From an uncultured delta proteobacterium (GTDB lineage Bacteria; Desulfobacterota; Binatia; UBA9968), in NCBI GenBank assembly GCA_963816145.1, contig CAWFJP010000002.1, positions 64,001-128,000 on the forward strand: a stretch of 64,000 nt of DNA, in the 5' to 3' direction. How positions within the stretch are numbered: position 1 is the stretch's first letter; each line of letters begins with the position of its first letter. The position numbers were made by a program, and so were the translations under genes. The notes beneath the pieces were generated by a model. That model saw only the letters and a program-made list of their open reading frames with translations, was not told the origin of the DNA and ran no database searches. Below, piece after piece: positions 10,351 to 19,901 of this stretch.

Positions 10351-11349
10351 ATGAAGCTCGAAGAACTCGACAACCAGCTCGAAAAGAATCAGCTCTCCGG
10401 ATTCTGGCGCACTCGAGTGCCTTCGCATTCGTCCGAGGCGCCCTACCTGTGGAAGTGGGAGCCGCTACTCGACGGTTTGCTCAAGGCGAGCGAGACCATC
10501 GGCATCGATCAAGCGGAGCGGCGGGCGATTCGCCTGGTGAGCCCGCATCTGCCGATCAAGTCGACATCGCATACGCTGCAGATCACCTTTTCCATCGTCA
10601 ATCCCGGCGAGGTCGCCAAGGCGCATCGCCATAACATGGCGGCGATCCGTTTCGTCGTCCAGGGCAAGGGCGCGTACACGGCGGTTGACGGCGAGAAGTT
10701 TTTCATGGAAGAGGGCGATCTGATCTTGACGCCCAATTGGACTTGGCATGACCATCATAACGAGTCGGAAGATCCGATCATCTGGCTCGATGGATTGGAT
10801 GGGCCGCTGATTCAATCGCTGAACGTGCTTTTCTTTGAAGATGCGGAAAAGCCCGAACAAGAGATTACCCGACAGACCGGTGAGTCGCTTTCTCGAATGG
10901 GTTTTGCGCGGGCGCCGAAGCAGGAAGAGGTCCATCGCCGCGGCGTGCCGTTTCGCTATGCTTTCAAGGACACTTACAAGGCGCTGAAGGCGATGGGCAC
11001 GGCGGACCGCGACCCCTACGACGGAACCTTGCTGCGTTACATCAACCCGGCCACCGGCGGTTACACCTATCCGACCATGTCGTGCGAGATTCAGCTCTTC
11101 AATGCCAAGGAATTGACCAAAGCGCACCGGCACACCAGTTCGGCGCTTTATCATGTCGTCAAAGGCCAGGGGCGCACCAAGGTCGGAGATAACTATCTGG
11201 AGTGGCACAAAGGCGACACCTTTGTCGTGCCGCTGTGGCACTGGCATGCCCATGAAAATTTCACCAACGATGAAGCGATTCTGTTTTCCTTGAGCGATCG
11301 GCCGGTAATGGAAGCACTGCAACTCTATCGCGAAGAAGTCGGCAAGTAG
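10351..11349 (+). CDS. Gentisate 1,2-dioxygenase-like bicupin
   Basis: AERRAIRL, AHRHNMAAIRF, WTWHDH, WLDGLD, AHRHTSSALY, WHWHAH motifs. Confidence 0.85.
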   Translation: MKLEELDNQLEKNQLSGFWRTRVPSHSSEAPYLWKWEPLLDGLLKASETIGIDQAERRAIRLVSPHLPIKSTSHTLQITFSIVNPGEVAKAHRHNMAAIRFVVQGKGAYTAVDGEKFFMEEGDLILTPNWTWHDHHNESEDPIIWLDGLDGPLIQSLNVLFFEDAEKPEQEITRQTGESLSRMGFARAPKQEEVHRRGVPFRYAFKDTYKALKAMGTADRDPYDGTLLRYINPATGGYTYPTMSCEIQLFNAKELTKAHRHTSSALYHVVKGQGRTKVGDNYLEWHKGDTFVVPLWHWHAHENFTNDEAILFSLSDRPVMEALQLYREEVGK

Positions 11350-11392
11350 TGTCTTCTGGTTGCCGTTCTCAAGCCGTCGGATTGACTTAAGT

Positions 11393-12397
11393 ATGGCTGC
11401 AAACGTAAAAGTCCGCCTCGCGAGCCGCGCCTACGACGGCACCTTGCCGATCCTGCGCGGCCAGATGACCATTCCCGGTTTCGAGCTCGATATCACCGAG
11501 ACCGAGGATGTGCCCGGCATGTTCGCTGGCATGTACAAGGGGCAGTACGATGTCTCGGAGATGTCCCTTGGCGAATTGATTTCCTACACCTCGCGCGGCA
11601 AGGCTGACTTTGTCGCGATCCCGGTGTTTCCATCGCGGATGTTTCGTCATGGATTTATTTTCTGCCGAAAAGATTCGGGAATAAGCCGGCCGTCGGACTT
11701 GAGCGGTCGCAAGATAGGTTTTCTCCGTTGGGTTCAGACCGCGGCGATCTGGATGCGCGGCATGCTGATCGACGAATATGGCGTGTCGGCCACGGATTCC
11801 GCGTGGTACGTCGCTTCGATGCACCACTGGGACGATCACGATCCTGATGCGACCGTGGTGCCGCGCGATGGTTCGGTGATCCGCATGATTGAAAACGGCG
11901 GCAAGAATACCTCTGAGCGGGCATGCCTGGCTTTGTTCGACGGTCAGGTCGATGCGCTTGGCGTTACCGAATCCCAGCTTCCGACGCTGTTGACGAACAA
12001 CAATGTGAGAAGGCTCTTCGAAAATCCCCGGGAAGTGGAAGCGAGCTATTTCCGTCGCTGCAAGATCTTGCCGATCATGCATGTGCTGGCGGTGCAGAAG
12101 CAATTGATCGATCACCATCCAGATTTGCCGGCGCAGCTGTTTCGACTTTACGTTGACGCCAAACGCTGGGCGCAGCGCTGGCGCCGGGCGATCCCAAGCT
12201 TGGTCGAAGCCTGGCCCAATCAGTACCTCAGCGACGAAAAACGGATTTTTCAAACCGATCCATGGGCCTACGGTCTGGAGGCGAATCGGCATGTGTTGAC
12301 GAAGTTTTTCGCCTACTGCCATGCCCAGGGAATATCGGGCCGTAGCATCGCTGTCGAAGATATTTTCCATCCGAGTACGCTCAAGCTGAGCGAGTAG
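11393..12397 (+). CDS. 4,5-dihydroxyphthalate decarboxylase-like protein (periplasmic-binding-protein fold, no signal peptide)
   Basis: DVSEMSL, IPVFPSRMFRH, QTAAIWMRG, PIMH, DPWAYGLEANR motifs. Confidence 0.8.
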   Translation: MAANVKVRLASRAYDGTLPILRGQMTIPGFELDITETEDVPGMFAGMYKGQYDVSEMSLGELISYTSRGKADFVAIPVFPSRMFRHGFIFCRKDSGISRPSDLSGRKIGFLRWVQTAAIWMRGMLIDEYGVSATDSAWYVASMHHWDDHDPDATVVPRDGSVIRMIENGGKNTSERACLALFDGQVDALGVTESQLPTLLTNNNVRRLFENPREVEASYFRRCKILPIMHVLAVQKQLIDHHPDLPAQLFRLYVDAKRWAQRWRRAIPSLVEAWPNQYLSDEKRIFQTDPWAYGLEANRHVLTKFFAYCHAQGISGRSIAVEDIFHPSTLKLSE

Positions 12398-12425
12398 TTT
12401 TACGAGAGAGCTAAAAGGAGTTCCT

Positions 12426-13919
12426 ATGTCCACGGCGTCCGCGATCAATACCAATGCGAACGGCAACATCGATCTGCGCGATTGGCTCAAAGAGGTCAAA
12501 AGGCTGGAGCAGTTGGAAACTATCTCTGGTGCCCATTGGGATCTAGAACTGGGCGCACTGACCGAGATCATTCTCGAGCGCATCGCCACGCCGCCGGCAG
12601 TGCTATTTGACAATGTCCCCGGTTCGGAACCGAACCGCCGGGTATTGGTCAATATGTTGGAAACTCTAGAGCGCACCGCACTGACGTTAAACTTGCCGTT
12701 AGACTTGAAGATCATTCCATTGATCGATGCCCTGCGCGCGCGCTTGCGTGCCATGCAGCCGATTCCGGCTAACGTCGTTAAGACTGGGCCGGTGTTCGAA
12801 AACATCGCCCATGGCGATCATATCGATTTAACCAAGTTTCCTGTTCCGCGCTGGCATGCCGGCGACGGCGGGCGCTATCTCGGCACGGCTCATTTGGTAG
12901 TGACCCGCGATCCGGAAACCGGCGTCGAAAATATTGGCTGCTACCGGGTCATGTTGCAGGACAAAGATAAAGTCGGCTTGTATATTTCTCCGGGCAAGCA
13001 CGGCAAGATTCACTACGAAAAGGCTATGAAGGCCGGCAAGACCTTCCCGGTCGTGATGGCCTTCGGCCAGCATCCTTTGCTCTACATCGCCGCCTCCCAG
13101 GCGGTGCCGTTCGGTGTTAATGAATACGATTGGGCCGGCGGACTCATCGGCCAGCCGGTGGACGTGATCGAAGGGCCCGTGACCGGACTACGATTCCCAG
13201 CCAATTCCGAGATCGTCATCGAAGGCGAGATTGTTCCCGGCGAGTCGATGCAGGAAGGTCCTTTCGGCGAGTGGCCGGGATATTATGCCAGCGCCCGGCG
13301 CGCCGAACCTTTCGTGCGTGTCAAGGCGCTCTACTATCGCAACGATCCGATCATCACCGGCGCGGCACCGTTCAAACCGACAATTCACGGCATGTACCGT
13401 TCATGCTTGCGTGCCGCGACCGTGTGGAACGGCATGGAACAAGCTGGCGTCCCAGACATCAAAGGCGTCTATCTGCCGCCACCGGCGCAGCGCTTTATGA
13501 TCGTCGTTGCTATCACTCAACGTTATCCAGGGCATGCGAAACAAGCCGCATTGGTCGCCAGTCAATGCCACGCCGGTGCTTACCTTGGCCGCTACGTTAT
13601 CGTTGTCGACGACGACATCGATATCACCAATACTGACGAAGTGATGTGGGCGATCTGCACCCGCACCGATCCGGCGACCTCGGTGGATCTGCTGCGCCGC
13701 TGTTGGAGCGGTCCCCTCGACCCAATCATTCAACCGGGGCAGAAGGGCTTTAACTCGCGCATGATTATTGAGGCGGTCCGGCCTTGGGAGTGGCGCGATA
13801 AATTCCCCGCCACTAGTGCCATCACTGACGAGACCCGCCACCAGTTTTCGTCAAAATGGCAGAACCAGCTAGCGCAGGTTCAGGCACGTCATACCCAGGT
13901 GCGTTTTCGCGGCGATTGA
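12426..13919 (+). CDS. UbiD-family (prFMN-dependent) decarboxylase
   Basis: DLRDWL, DGGRY, CYR, EGPFGEWPGYY and VVDDDID motifs. Confidence 0.92.
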   Translation: MSTASAINTNANGNIDLRDWLKEVKRLEQLETISGAHWDLELGALTEIILERIATPPAVLFDNVPGSEPNRRVLVNMLETLERTALTLNLPLDLKIIPLIDALRARLRAMQPIPANVVKTGPVFENIAHGDHIDLTKFPVPRWHAGDGGRYLGTAHLVVTRDPETGVENIGCYRVMLQDKDKVGLYISPGKHGKIHYEKAMKAGKTFPVVMAFGQHPLLYIAASQAVPFGVNEYDWAGGLIGQPVDVIEGPVTGLRFPANSEIVIEGEIVPGESMQEGPFGEWPGYYASARRAEPFVRVKALYYRNDPIITGAAPFKPTIHGMYRSCLRAATVWNGMEQAGVPDIKGVYLPPPAQRFMIVVAITQRYPGHAKQAALVASQCHAGAYLGRYVIVVDDDIDITNTDEVMWAICTRTDPATSVDLLRRCWSGPLDPIIQPGQKGFNSRMIIEAVRPWEWRDKFPATSAITDETRHQFSSKWQNQLAQVQARHTQVRFRGD

Positions 13920-14188
13920 TCGGACAATTCAGTGCCGTAGTCGCGTTTGCTGAATGGTTCTAAGTGCCGCGTGATTGCCCCTGGGTGGTGAACTTTCGCT
14001 GATTCTCTCCGAACGCCAATTCCGGTTTCCGGTTACGGAAAACGACGCTGGGATTGGGCGAAAAGCGCATCGATTGAGCAATATTGTCCATGAATGCTGA
14101 ACCCTCCCGACCCCTCGCGGGACCCCCTTGTTGGGGAATTCTTTGGAAATATCAGGCTTTATCCGACGTTAGCAGGGTCAAATGGCAA

Positions 14189-14205
14189 TTGGCATGAGTC
14201 GTGCT
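14189..14205 (+). promoter_or_regulatory. Putative sigma54 (-24/-12) promoter
   Basis: TTGGCATGAGTCGTGCT (GG-N10-GC) upstream of the HTH gene at 14268. Confidence 0.65.
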
Positions 14206-14267
14206 GATGCTAGACCCCGTCAAGAAGTGCCTAAGGTATTTCGACAAAGAAAAAGGAGAAAATAGCG

Positions 14268-14486
14268 ATGGAAGAAATTATGACACCGTCGGAAGTGGCT
14301 TCGCTGCTGAAGATTCATCTCAAGACGGTCTACAAACTTGCCGAAAAGGGCGTTATCCCCGGTAACCGCATCGGCCGTAGCTGGCGCTTCAGCCGCGGTG
14401 ATGTGTTGGAATTGGTGTCGACCAAATCGATGAACCTTTCCGAGTCGGGCGATGGCGATATGAAAATCGCTGCAAACGGCAAGTAA
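14268..14486 (+). CDS. Excisionase-like helix-turn-helix DNA-binding protein (HTH_17 type)
   Basis: MTPSEVASLLKIHLKTVYKLA...IPGNRIGRSWRF; AAGGAG RBS. Confidence 0.88.
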   Translation: MEEIMTPSEVASLLKIHLKTVYKLAEKGVIPGNRIGRSWRFSRGDVLELVSTKSMNLSESGDGDMKIAANGK

Positions 14487-14516
14487 CCAAGTCCTGATAG
14501 CCTGCTAGTTTGCTCG

Positions 14517-15041
14517 ATGGACCAGGATCCAATCAAGCAACTGCAAAGTTTCCTCGACGAGCGCGGCAAGATGCTGGAAAAGATCACCAGCATTCACTCC
14601 GTGCTTGGGCCGCTGCGAGGCGACCCGCCATCCGCGTCGGCTTTGCAGCCCGCTCCCAATCCTTCGCTTGACGTAACCGGGACAGGGTTCGACGCGCACT
14701 TGCAGCGGCTATTGCAAGCGCTGCAAGAGATGCAGGTGCAGATCGAACTACGCGTGCGTCCTGCGGTGCAGCTGGTGGTGCAAAACCAAGTTGACCAGCT
14801 GCGCGGTCAGTCCGATGAAAAAATCGTGGCGTTGCGCGACTGTCTAGGTCAGATTGATAGGAGTGTTTCGCAGTGTTTAGCAGGTCTGGACGAATATCAA
14901 AAAAGATATGCCGATCTCGATACGCTCAATAGAAACTTGGCCGGCCTCGGTGCCTCACCTGAACCGCTCCCCGAAAAGATCTCCATAGAACAGTTGAGCG
15001 AATCCATTAGCGCCCGGCTCGCCAATTTGGGTAGGGGTTAG
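14517..15041 (+). CDS. Hypothetical coiled-coil protein
   Basis: 174-aa ORF rich in L/Q/E heptads, 30 nt after the HTH gene. Confidence 0.65.
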   Translation: MDQDPIKQLQSFLDERGKMLEKITSIHSVLGPLRGDPPSASALQPAPNPSLDVTGTGFDAHLQRLLQALQEMQVQIELRVRPAVQLVVQNQVDQLRGQSDEKIVALRDCLGQIDRSVSQCLAGLDEYQKRYADLDTLNRNLAGLGASPEPLPEKISIEQLSESISARLANLGRG

Positions 15042-15156
15042 CATTCCATCCGTGATCTCGATGCGCGGCGCAGATATTCTCTGTTGGTCAGTACCGTCAA
15101 CGGTTCGCCTGATCGTTTCTTGATCGAGTTAATTCCGGCGAAGAATTATAGCGATA

Positions 15157-15231
15157 TGGTGCGCCCGACAGGAATCGAACCTGTACTTAGGGTTCCGGAG
15201 ACCCTCGTGATATCCTTTTCACTACGGGCGC
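15157..15231 (-). tRNA. tRNA-Arg(CCG)
   Basis: Reverse complement GCGCCCG...AGGGT-CTCCGGA-ACCCT...GGTTCGATTCC..CGGGCGCACCA gives a full cloverleaf with encoded CCA. Confidence 0.95.
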
Positions 15232-15261
15232 GTGCAAATTTTTCTATCACCGGGTCGGCGA

Positions 15262-16068
15262 TCAGTCAACGCGCACGGTCGCAACTGCGCCGGTGATGCG
15301 CGCCATTTGCGGGTGAATGAGCGCATTGGCCGCGAGCGTTTCGCTGCCGCTGATGTCAAACCGTTGGCCGCGAAAATCGCTGAGTTTGCCGCGCGCTTCG
15401 CTGACGATCAAACTTCCCGCAGCAACATCCCAAGGTTTCAGTTTCAGCTCCCAGTAGCCGTCGATGCGGCCGCAGGCGACATAGCACAAGTCCAGGGCCG
15501 CGGAGCCGTTACGCCGGATGCCTTGGCAGCGGGTTAAAAAGGCATTGAAGTAGCTCAAATAGTAATCCGCGTGCTCGCGTCTGTCGTAAGGGAATCCGGT
15601 GGCGAGCAAGGCTTTATCCAAGTCATCGATGGTGGAGCAGTGAATGCTCTGGCCGTTGAGAGTTGCGCCGTGGTCTTTAATCGCCCGAAAGCATTCGCGC
15701 CGCAGCGGATCGTAGACCAAGCCAAGAATGACTTCACCCTCCTGTTCGAGGGCGATCGAGACGCAAAAATGTGGGTACCCATGGGCGAAGTTGGTTGTAC
15801 CGTCGAGCGGGTCGACGATCCAACGGAAGGAGTTTCCGTGACGCTCCAAAAGCGCTTCTTCCTCGGCCAAGATCGAGTGCTCGGGGAATCGCCTGGTCAA
15901 AATTTCAACGATCGTGCGTTCGCACTGGCGGTCGGTGTCGGTCACCAGATCGATGACGCCTTTATAGTCAATGGTCTTGGGTTTGTGCCAGTTGGCGCGA
16001 ATGATCTCGCCCGCGGCCTCGGCCGCTTGCCATGCAGTTTCAAGAAATGCGCTACAGTTTTGCGTCAT
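15262..16068 (-). CDS. suhB: Inositol monophosphatase family protein
   Basis: DLVTDTD, WIVDPLDGTTNF, GSAALDLCYVACGR, WDVAAG motifs. Confidence 0.92.
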   Translation of the reverse strand: MTQNCSAFLETAWQAAEAAGEIIRANWHKPKTIDYKGVIDLVTDTDRQCERTIVEILTRRFPEHSILAEEEALLERHGNSFRWIVDPLDGTTNFAHGYPHFCVSIALEQEGEVILGLVYDPLRRECFRAIKDHGATLNGQSIHCSTIDDLDKALLATGFPYDRREHADYYLSYFNAFLTRCQGIRRNGSAALDLCYVACGRIDGYWELKLKPWDVAAGSLIVSEARGKLSDFRGQRFDISGSETLAANALIHPQMARITGAVATVRVD

Positions 16069-16118
16069 GAAATGGCGGACTTTCGCAATTGTCCGTCGGC
16101 TATGTTAACTAATGGCGC

Positions 16119-16988
16119 GTGAAGATTCGAGCGCCGGCGAAAATCAATTTAACTTTGCGAGTGGTCGGCAAACGCGCCGACGGCTATCACCTGCTCGACA
16201 CGATCATGGTGCCAGTGTCGCTCTATGATGAAATCGAAATTCATCAGATGCGCCGATCGGCGTCGCGCCGGCTTGGGGTGCCTTCGCTAATTGCAATTCG
16301 CTGCAACCACCCGCAAGTGCCGTTGGGTCAAGAAAACATAGCGTATCGCGCCGCCGAATTGTTGATGCGCAAGGCTAAAATCTGCCGGCCGATAGCGATC
16401 CGCATTCGCAAACAAATTCCCGTCGGTGCTGGGCTTGGCGGTGGTAGCAGCGATGCTGCTGCTGTGCTGAAAGGGCTCAACCGTTTGTGGCGGTTACGAT
16501 TGTCGGTGCGCCAACTGGAGCAGCTCGCGCTACAACTGGGCGCTGATGTGCCGTTCTTTATCCGAGCCAAACCCGCGCGCGCGCGAGGGATCGGTGAAAA
16601 GCTCCGGTTACTTTCGAAGCTGCGGCGCCGCTGGCTTGTCCTGGTCTATCCGGGATTTCCGGTGGCGACCGCTTGGGTATACCGAAATCTCCCGTCAAAG
16701 TTGACAAGAGTTAGCGTAAATACTAGCATTGCAACGCCGCTGGAGAGCCTGGATAAACTCGACAAACTGCTAATCAACGATTTAGAGCAGGTTACGGTGA
16801 GGAGATATCCTGAAATAAGTCGGGCGAAATCGATGCTATCTCTAGCTGGTGCTGCGGGTGTCCTGATGTCCGGCAGCGGCTCTTCGGTGTTTGGCGTTTT
16901 CGAGTCGAAGCGATTGGCGAAACAAGCCTTTCGCCGGATGCGGAAAGAGGAGGGGGTCCAAGCGTTCCTGGCGCATGTTTTGAATTAA
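16119..16988 (+). CDS. ispE: 4-diphosphocytidyl-2-C-methyl-D-erythritol kinase
   Basis: APAKINLTL, IPVGAGLGGGSSDAA, LGADVPFF, MSGSGSSVF motifs. Confidence 0.96.
   Translation: MKIRAPAKINLTLRVVGKRADGYHLLDTIMVPVSLYDEIEIHQMRRSASRRLGVPSLIAIRCNHPQVPLGQENIAYRAAELLMRKAKICRPIAIRIRKQIPVGAGLGGGSSDAAAVLKGLNRLWRLRLSVRQLEQLALQLGADVPFFIRAKPARARGIGEKLRLLSKLRRRWLVLVYPGFPVATAWVYRNLPSKLTRVSVNTSIATPLESLDKLDKLLINDLEQVTVRRYPEISRAKSMLSLAGAAGVLMSGSGSSVFGVFESKRLAKQAFRRMRKEEGVQAFLAHVLN
16701..16729 (+). promoter_or_regulatory. Putative sigma70 promoter internal to ispE, facing spoVG/tRNA-Gln/prs
   Basis: TTGACA-17 bp-TAGCAT. Confidence 0.55.
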
Positions 16989-17056
16989 GGTTAGCCAAAA
17001 GCCCATAAAAAGAACTCTACCGGCGCAACATCTGGCTCGTCCAGAAGGGGGTCCCT

Positions 17057-17344
17057 ATGCAAGTCACAGAGGTTAGGGTCTTTCCTGTCGAAGAAGATAA
17101 GCTCAGGGCTTATGTAACTATCACTCTCGATCACTGTTTTGTGATCCGGGACTTAAAAATCATACATGGTGCGACCGGGTTGTTTGTCTCAATGCCCAGC
17201 AAAAAGCGCAAGGATGGAACCTATAAAGACATTGCGCATCCAATCAATAACGAGACGCGCCGGATGCTCGAGGAGAAAATAATCGCAGAATACCAAAAAG
17301 TGCTCGCCAATGGCGGGGCACCAACGTCGATCGATGACAATTGA
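17057..17344 (+). CDS. spoVG: Septation regulator SpoVG
   Basis: MQVTEVRV...FVIRDLKII...GLFVSMPS...YKDIAHPIN. Confidence 0.95.
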   Translation: MQVTEVRVFPVEEDKLRAYVTITLDHCFVIRDLKIIHGATGLFVSMPSKKRKDGTYKDIAHPINNETRRMLEEKIIAEYQKVLANGGAPTSIDDN

Positions 17345-17394
17345 TCGAATGTTCTGCGCGACCGGATGAGCTTCCTGTGGGGGGGGGTCAGGGA

Positions 17395-17468
17395 TGGGCG
17401 GTCGCCAAGCGGTAAGGCCCCGGCCTTTGGAGCCGGTATCGAAGGTTCGAATCCTTCCCGCCCAGCCA
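17395..17468 (+). tRNA. tRNA-Gln(TTG)
   Basis: TGGGCGGTCGCCAAGCGGTAAGGC-CCGGC-CTTTGGA-GCCGG...GGTTCGAATCC...CCCAGCCA. Confidence 0.95.
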
Positions 17469-17625
17469 ATTTTTCATGCGAAGTTTAGCCGGCTGGCCTT
17501 TGCGATAGAGATTTAGTAGAAGTTGAGTGGCGCCGTTCACAGAGGGACGGCGCTCCTGTTTTTTGGCGGTCGAAGTCGATGGGGTTAAAATTAGATTAAC
17601 TTTCACTGTAGGGGTCGTGGGAAGC

Positions 17626-18576
17626 ATGGGCCGCACAGCCGATCTAAAAATTTTCGCGGGAAACTCCAATCCGCCGCTGGCCGCTGAGATCAGCCAATAT
17701 CTCAAAGTGCCGTTAGGTAAAGCCACAGTGGACACTTTCAGCGACGGCGAGAGCAAGGTCGAGATCAAGGAAAACGTCCGCGGTGCTGATGTATTCGTTC
17801 TGCAATCGACCTCGGCTCCGGGCAACAACAACTTGATGGAACTCCTGCTCATGCTCGATGCCTTCAAGCGCGCCTCCGCGCAACGCATCACTGCGGTCAT
17901 GCCTTACTACGGCTATGCACGCCAGGACCGCAAGGTCGTGCCACGGGTGCCGATCAGCGCCAAGCTGGTGGCCGATTTGATCACTCGTGCCGGCGCTTCG
18001 CGCATGCTGACGATGGATCTTCATTCAGGACAGATTCAAGGATTTTTCGATATTCCCGTCGATAACGTTTACGCCACGCCGGTGCTGTTGGATTATCTGC
18101 GCAAACAGCTCAATCGTAACGAGGTGACCATCGTCTCGCCGGACGCCGGGGGTGTGGAGCGAGCACGGGCGATCGCGACGCGCTTGGATGCGTCCTTGGC
18201 GATTATCGATAAACGCCGGATCGGCCCAAACGTTGTCGCCGAGATGAACATCATCGGCGAAGTCAAGGATCGCGTCGCTATCTTGGTCGACGACATGGTC
18301 GATACCGCTGGAACTTTGACCATGGCTGCCGAGGCGCTCAAAAAAGAGGGCGCGAAGAGAATCATCGGTTGCTGCTCGCATCCGGTGTTGTCCGGGCCGG
18401 CGATCAAACGCATCGAAGAATGCCCACTTGAACAACTGATTGTCACCAACACCATTCCCCTTGGGCCGCAGGCCCAGGGATGTAGTAAAATCAAAATACT
18501 GTCGGTCGCGCATTTGATCGGTGAAGCGATTCGCCGAACCCATGAAGAAGAATCGATCAGTTCGCTATTCGTTTAG
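17626..18576 (+). CDS. prs: Ribose-phosphate pyrophosphokinase
   Basis: FSDGE, YYGYARQDRK, DLHSGQIQGFF, VSPDAGGVERA, VDDMVDTAGT motifs. Confidence 0.97.
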   Translation: MGRTADLKIFAGNSNPPLAAEISQYLKVPLGKATVDTFSDGESKVEIKENVRGADVFVLQSTSAPGNNNLMELLLMLDAFKRASAQRITAVMPYYGYARQDRKVVPRVPISAKLVADLITRAGASRMLTMDLHSGQIQGFFDIPVDNVYATPVLLDYLRKQLNRNEVTIVSPDAGGVERARAIATRLDASLAIIDKRRIGPNVVAEMNIIGEVKDRVAILVDDMVDTAGTLTMAAEALKKEGAKRIIGCCSHPVLSGPAIKRIEECPLEQLIVTNTIPLGPQAQGCSKIKILSVAHLIGEAIRRTHEEESISSLFV

Positions 18577-18594
18577 TCGCAGGAGGTTGTTCCC

Positions 18595-19245
18595 TTGGAG
18601 ACTCTGGAAATACAGGTTGAAGCACGCGATAAGCAGCGTAAACGTGATGCCAAGCGGTTACTCCGCGCTGGCAAGATTCCGGCTATCCTTTACGGTCCGA
18701 AAACCGCAGCGGTAGGCTTGGCGCTCGACAAGAAGGAATTTTCTCGGCGCGTCGCAGGTTTGCAAGGTTCGCACCTTGTGCGTTTGAAATCTGGCGCTGC
18801 CGCTCTGGCGGAGAAAGTTGCGCTGGTAAAGGATATGCAATTCCATCCCATCAGCGGAGATGTGATTCACGCCGATTTTTACGAAGTCGATCTGACGGCG
18901 AAAATTCAGGTGCATGTGCCGCTTCACTTTGTCGGCAAAGCGGTGGGCATCGCGCGCGGCGGCATTCTGCAGCCCATTGTCCGGGAGATCGAGGTCGAAT
19001 GTTTGCCCCTCGATATTCCGGAATTCTTTAACGTTGACGTGACCGCGCTGGATATCGGCGATTCAGTCCATATTGAAGACTTGCAGATGCCCGACGGTGT
19101 CGCGTCTATGGCCGAGGACAATATGGCGCTGGTGACCGTTGTGCCGCCGACTGTCGAGGAGGCCCCGACGGCCGCTGCACCGGCAGCGGAAGTTGCGGCT
19201 GCGCCTGCAGCTCCAGCGGACGCGAAAAAGGAAAGCGCCTCTTAA
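18595..19245 (+). CDS. rplY: 50S ribosomal protein L25/general stress protein Ctc
   Basis: GKIPAILYG, HADFYEV; TTG start after AGGAGG. Confidence 0.95.
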   Translation: METLEIQVEARDKQRKRDAKRLLRAGKIPAILYGPKTAAVGLALDKKEFSRRVAGLQGSHLVRLKSGAAALAEKVALVKDMQFHPISGDVIHADFYEVDLTAKIQVHVPLHFVGKAVGIARGGILQPIVREIEVECLPLDIPEFFNVDVTALDIGDSVHIEDLQMPDGVASMAEDNMALVTVVPPTVEEAPTAAAPAAEVAAAPAAPADAKKESAS

Positions 19246-19280
19246 GCCGACCGTTTTGCGCGGTCAACGAGATCGGATGG

Positions 19281-19847
19281 GTGAAAATCGTCGTTGGGCT
19301 GGGCAATCCGGGGAGCAAGTATGACGACACGCGGCATAATATTGGATTCCGGTTCATCGACCGGTTGGCGCGGCAGCAGGGCATTGCTCTGGACCGGCAT
19401 CAATGTGATGCACTGACCGGGCAAGGGAAGATTAACGAATCTCCGTTGCTTTTGGCCAAGCCGCAGACTTTTATGAACCGCAGCGGAGTGGCGGTTGCAG
19501 CGCTACTTCAATCGCATGGGGCTACGGCAGCAGATTTAGTCGTTGTTTACGATGACCTGGATTTGCCCTTCGGTCGAATCAGGATTCGCACCCACGGTAG
19601 CGCGGGTGGCCACCTCGGCGTGAGTTCGATCATCGAACATCTGGGCGCGGTAGAGTTTTGCCGTATCCGTCTAGGCATAGGTCGTCCGCCCGACGGGGCC
19701 GATGTCATCGATTATGTGCTGGCGCCGTTCGCTGAAGCTCAAATTGGCGAACTGTCTAAGGTCGTCGACCGCGCCACTGAGGCGCTCTGCTGTTTAGTTC
19801 ATCAGGGAGTTGCGGCGGCAATGGGTATTTACAATCGAGCGGACTGA
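19281..19847 (+). CDS. pth: Peptidyl-tRNA hydrolase
   Basis: VGLGNPG, TRHNIGF, KPQTFMNRSG, YDDLDLPFG motifs. Confidence 0.96.
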   Translation: MKIVVGLGNPGSKYDDTRHNIGFRFIDRLARQQGIALDRHQCDALTGQGKINESPLLLAKPQTFMNRSGVAVAALLQSHGATAADLVVVYDDLDLPFGRIRIRTHGSAGGHLGVSSIIEHLGAVEFCRIRLGIGRPPDGADVIDYVLAPFAEAQIGELSKVVDRATEALCCLVHQGVAAAMGIYNRAD

Positions 19848-19860
19848 CGAAAGCGCCACA

Positions 19861-19889
19861 TTGTAAACGCCAAGTCCGTATGTTACAAA
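19861..19889 (+). promoter_or_regulatory. Putative sigma70 promoter of the rpsF-rpsR-rplI operon
   Basis: TTGTAA-17 bp-TACAAA with a TGn extended -10. Confidence 0.5.
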
Positions 19890-19901
19890 GACAATCTTCT
19901 T

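Noticed and set aside
11387-12805. 472-aa antisense ORF and similar long shadow ORFs (e.g. 10465-11322, 35284-36129, 58244-59074)
   Set aside because: They lie antisense to well-supported genes, show no motifs, and are expected in GC-rich coding DNA.
15157-15231. tRNA-Arg as the attachment site of an intact prophage/ICE
   Set aside because: No integrase and no duplicated tRNA 3' end was seen in the window.
17379-17387. G9 tract before tRNA-Gln as a phase-variation switch
   Set aside because: It is intergenic, not within a recognisable promoter spacer or CDS, and there is no evidence of length variation.
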